Positions 63,653-64,000 of a DNA stretch of 64,000 bases are shown piece by piece. The notes beneath the pieces are model-generated. The model was given only the letters and a program-made list of their open reading frames with translations. It did no database searches and had not been told where the DNA came from. The stretch's first letter is position 1. Each line of letters opens with the position of its first letter. The DNA is from Williopsis jadinii (Eukaryota), in contig AP024665.1 of NCBI GenBank assembly GCA_024346625.1, positions 124,001-188,000 of the forward strand, in the 5' to 3' direction. Both the position numbers and the translations under genes were made by a program.

Positions 63653-64000
63653 ATGAGTAAAGTAGAGCAATTACTAGAGAAGAACAAGGCCAAGTTCCAA
63701 GAGTCAATCACTCATCCTCTCACGAATGAGTTATGCGATGGAACTCTTCCGGATTACAAGTTGTACACCTTTCTGGTCCAAGATTTGCAATATTTCCACA
63801 TTGCACTGAGAATCATGGGGAAGGCACTCTCGTTGTGTACCAATGGCGATTCGTTGGTGGTCTTGGGCAAGCAAGTTGCACTTCTAGCTGGCAGAGAGAA
63901 TGACTATTTTGACATCACGATGGGCATCTTAAAGGAGACGTCGTTGAAAGAGCTCCAGGAGAATATCCCTCTGTTATTGACAGACTCACCAGTGAGACTG
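63653..64000 (+). CDS. PET18: TenA/Thi-4 family thiamine-salvage protein, N-terminal part (not in ORF track)
   Basis: Translated by hand: MSKVEQLLEK..HPLTNELCDGTLPDYKLYTFLVQDLQYF..LGKQVALLAGRENDYF, open to the window end. Confidence 0.82.
   Translation, partial: MSKVEQLLEKNKAKFQESITHPLTNELCDGTLPDYKLYTFLVQDLQYFHIALRIMGKALSLCTNGDSLVVLGKQVALLAGRENDYFDITMGILKETSLKELQENIPLLLTDSPVRL

Overview
Gene-dense eukaryotic DNA from a budding yeast (Saccharomycotina). It uses the standard code (CUG=Leu) and has short TACTAAC-type introns; it is probably Phaffomycetaceae (Cyberlindnera/Wickerhamomyces-like), which is an inference. About 33 protein genes are supportable: SWA2 (partial), NOP10, DAD4 (3 exons, absent from the ORF track), MRPL36, GYP6, NMA1, MUD1, PIB1, RRP3, SSF1, an MFalpha-like prepro ORF, DIB1, an orphan 1262-aa coiled-coil protein, CBP6, a Zn2Cys6 factor, GIP1-like, YDJ1, POG1-like, SIM1/SUN, AYR1, CTA1, GRS1, NSP1, NUP192, HSP90, KGD1, UTP25, PAN5, a mitochondrial LEA-like protein, DOT6/TOD6, ICE2, TPO1-like MFS and PET18 (partial). 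I found no tRNA, rRNA, transposon or CRISPR. The most unusual element is at 12157-12435: an alpha-factor precursor homolog with a well-matched Mcm1-alpha1 (P'Q) box and a Ste12 PRE, but whose ORF stops before any Kex2 site and encodes no pheromone. Other highlights are a GUG-initiated mitochondrial extension of GRS1, a stop-codon decoy acceptor in DAD4 intron 1, a SIM1 5'UTR intron and a higher-order FG minisatellite in NSP1. Gene names rest on recalled homolog sequences and gene order, not on database searches.
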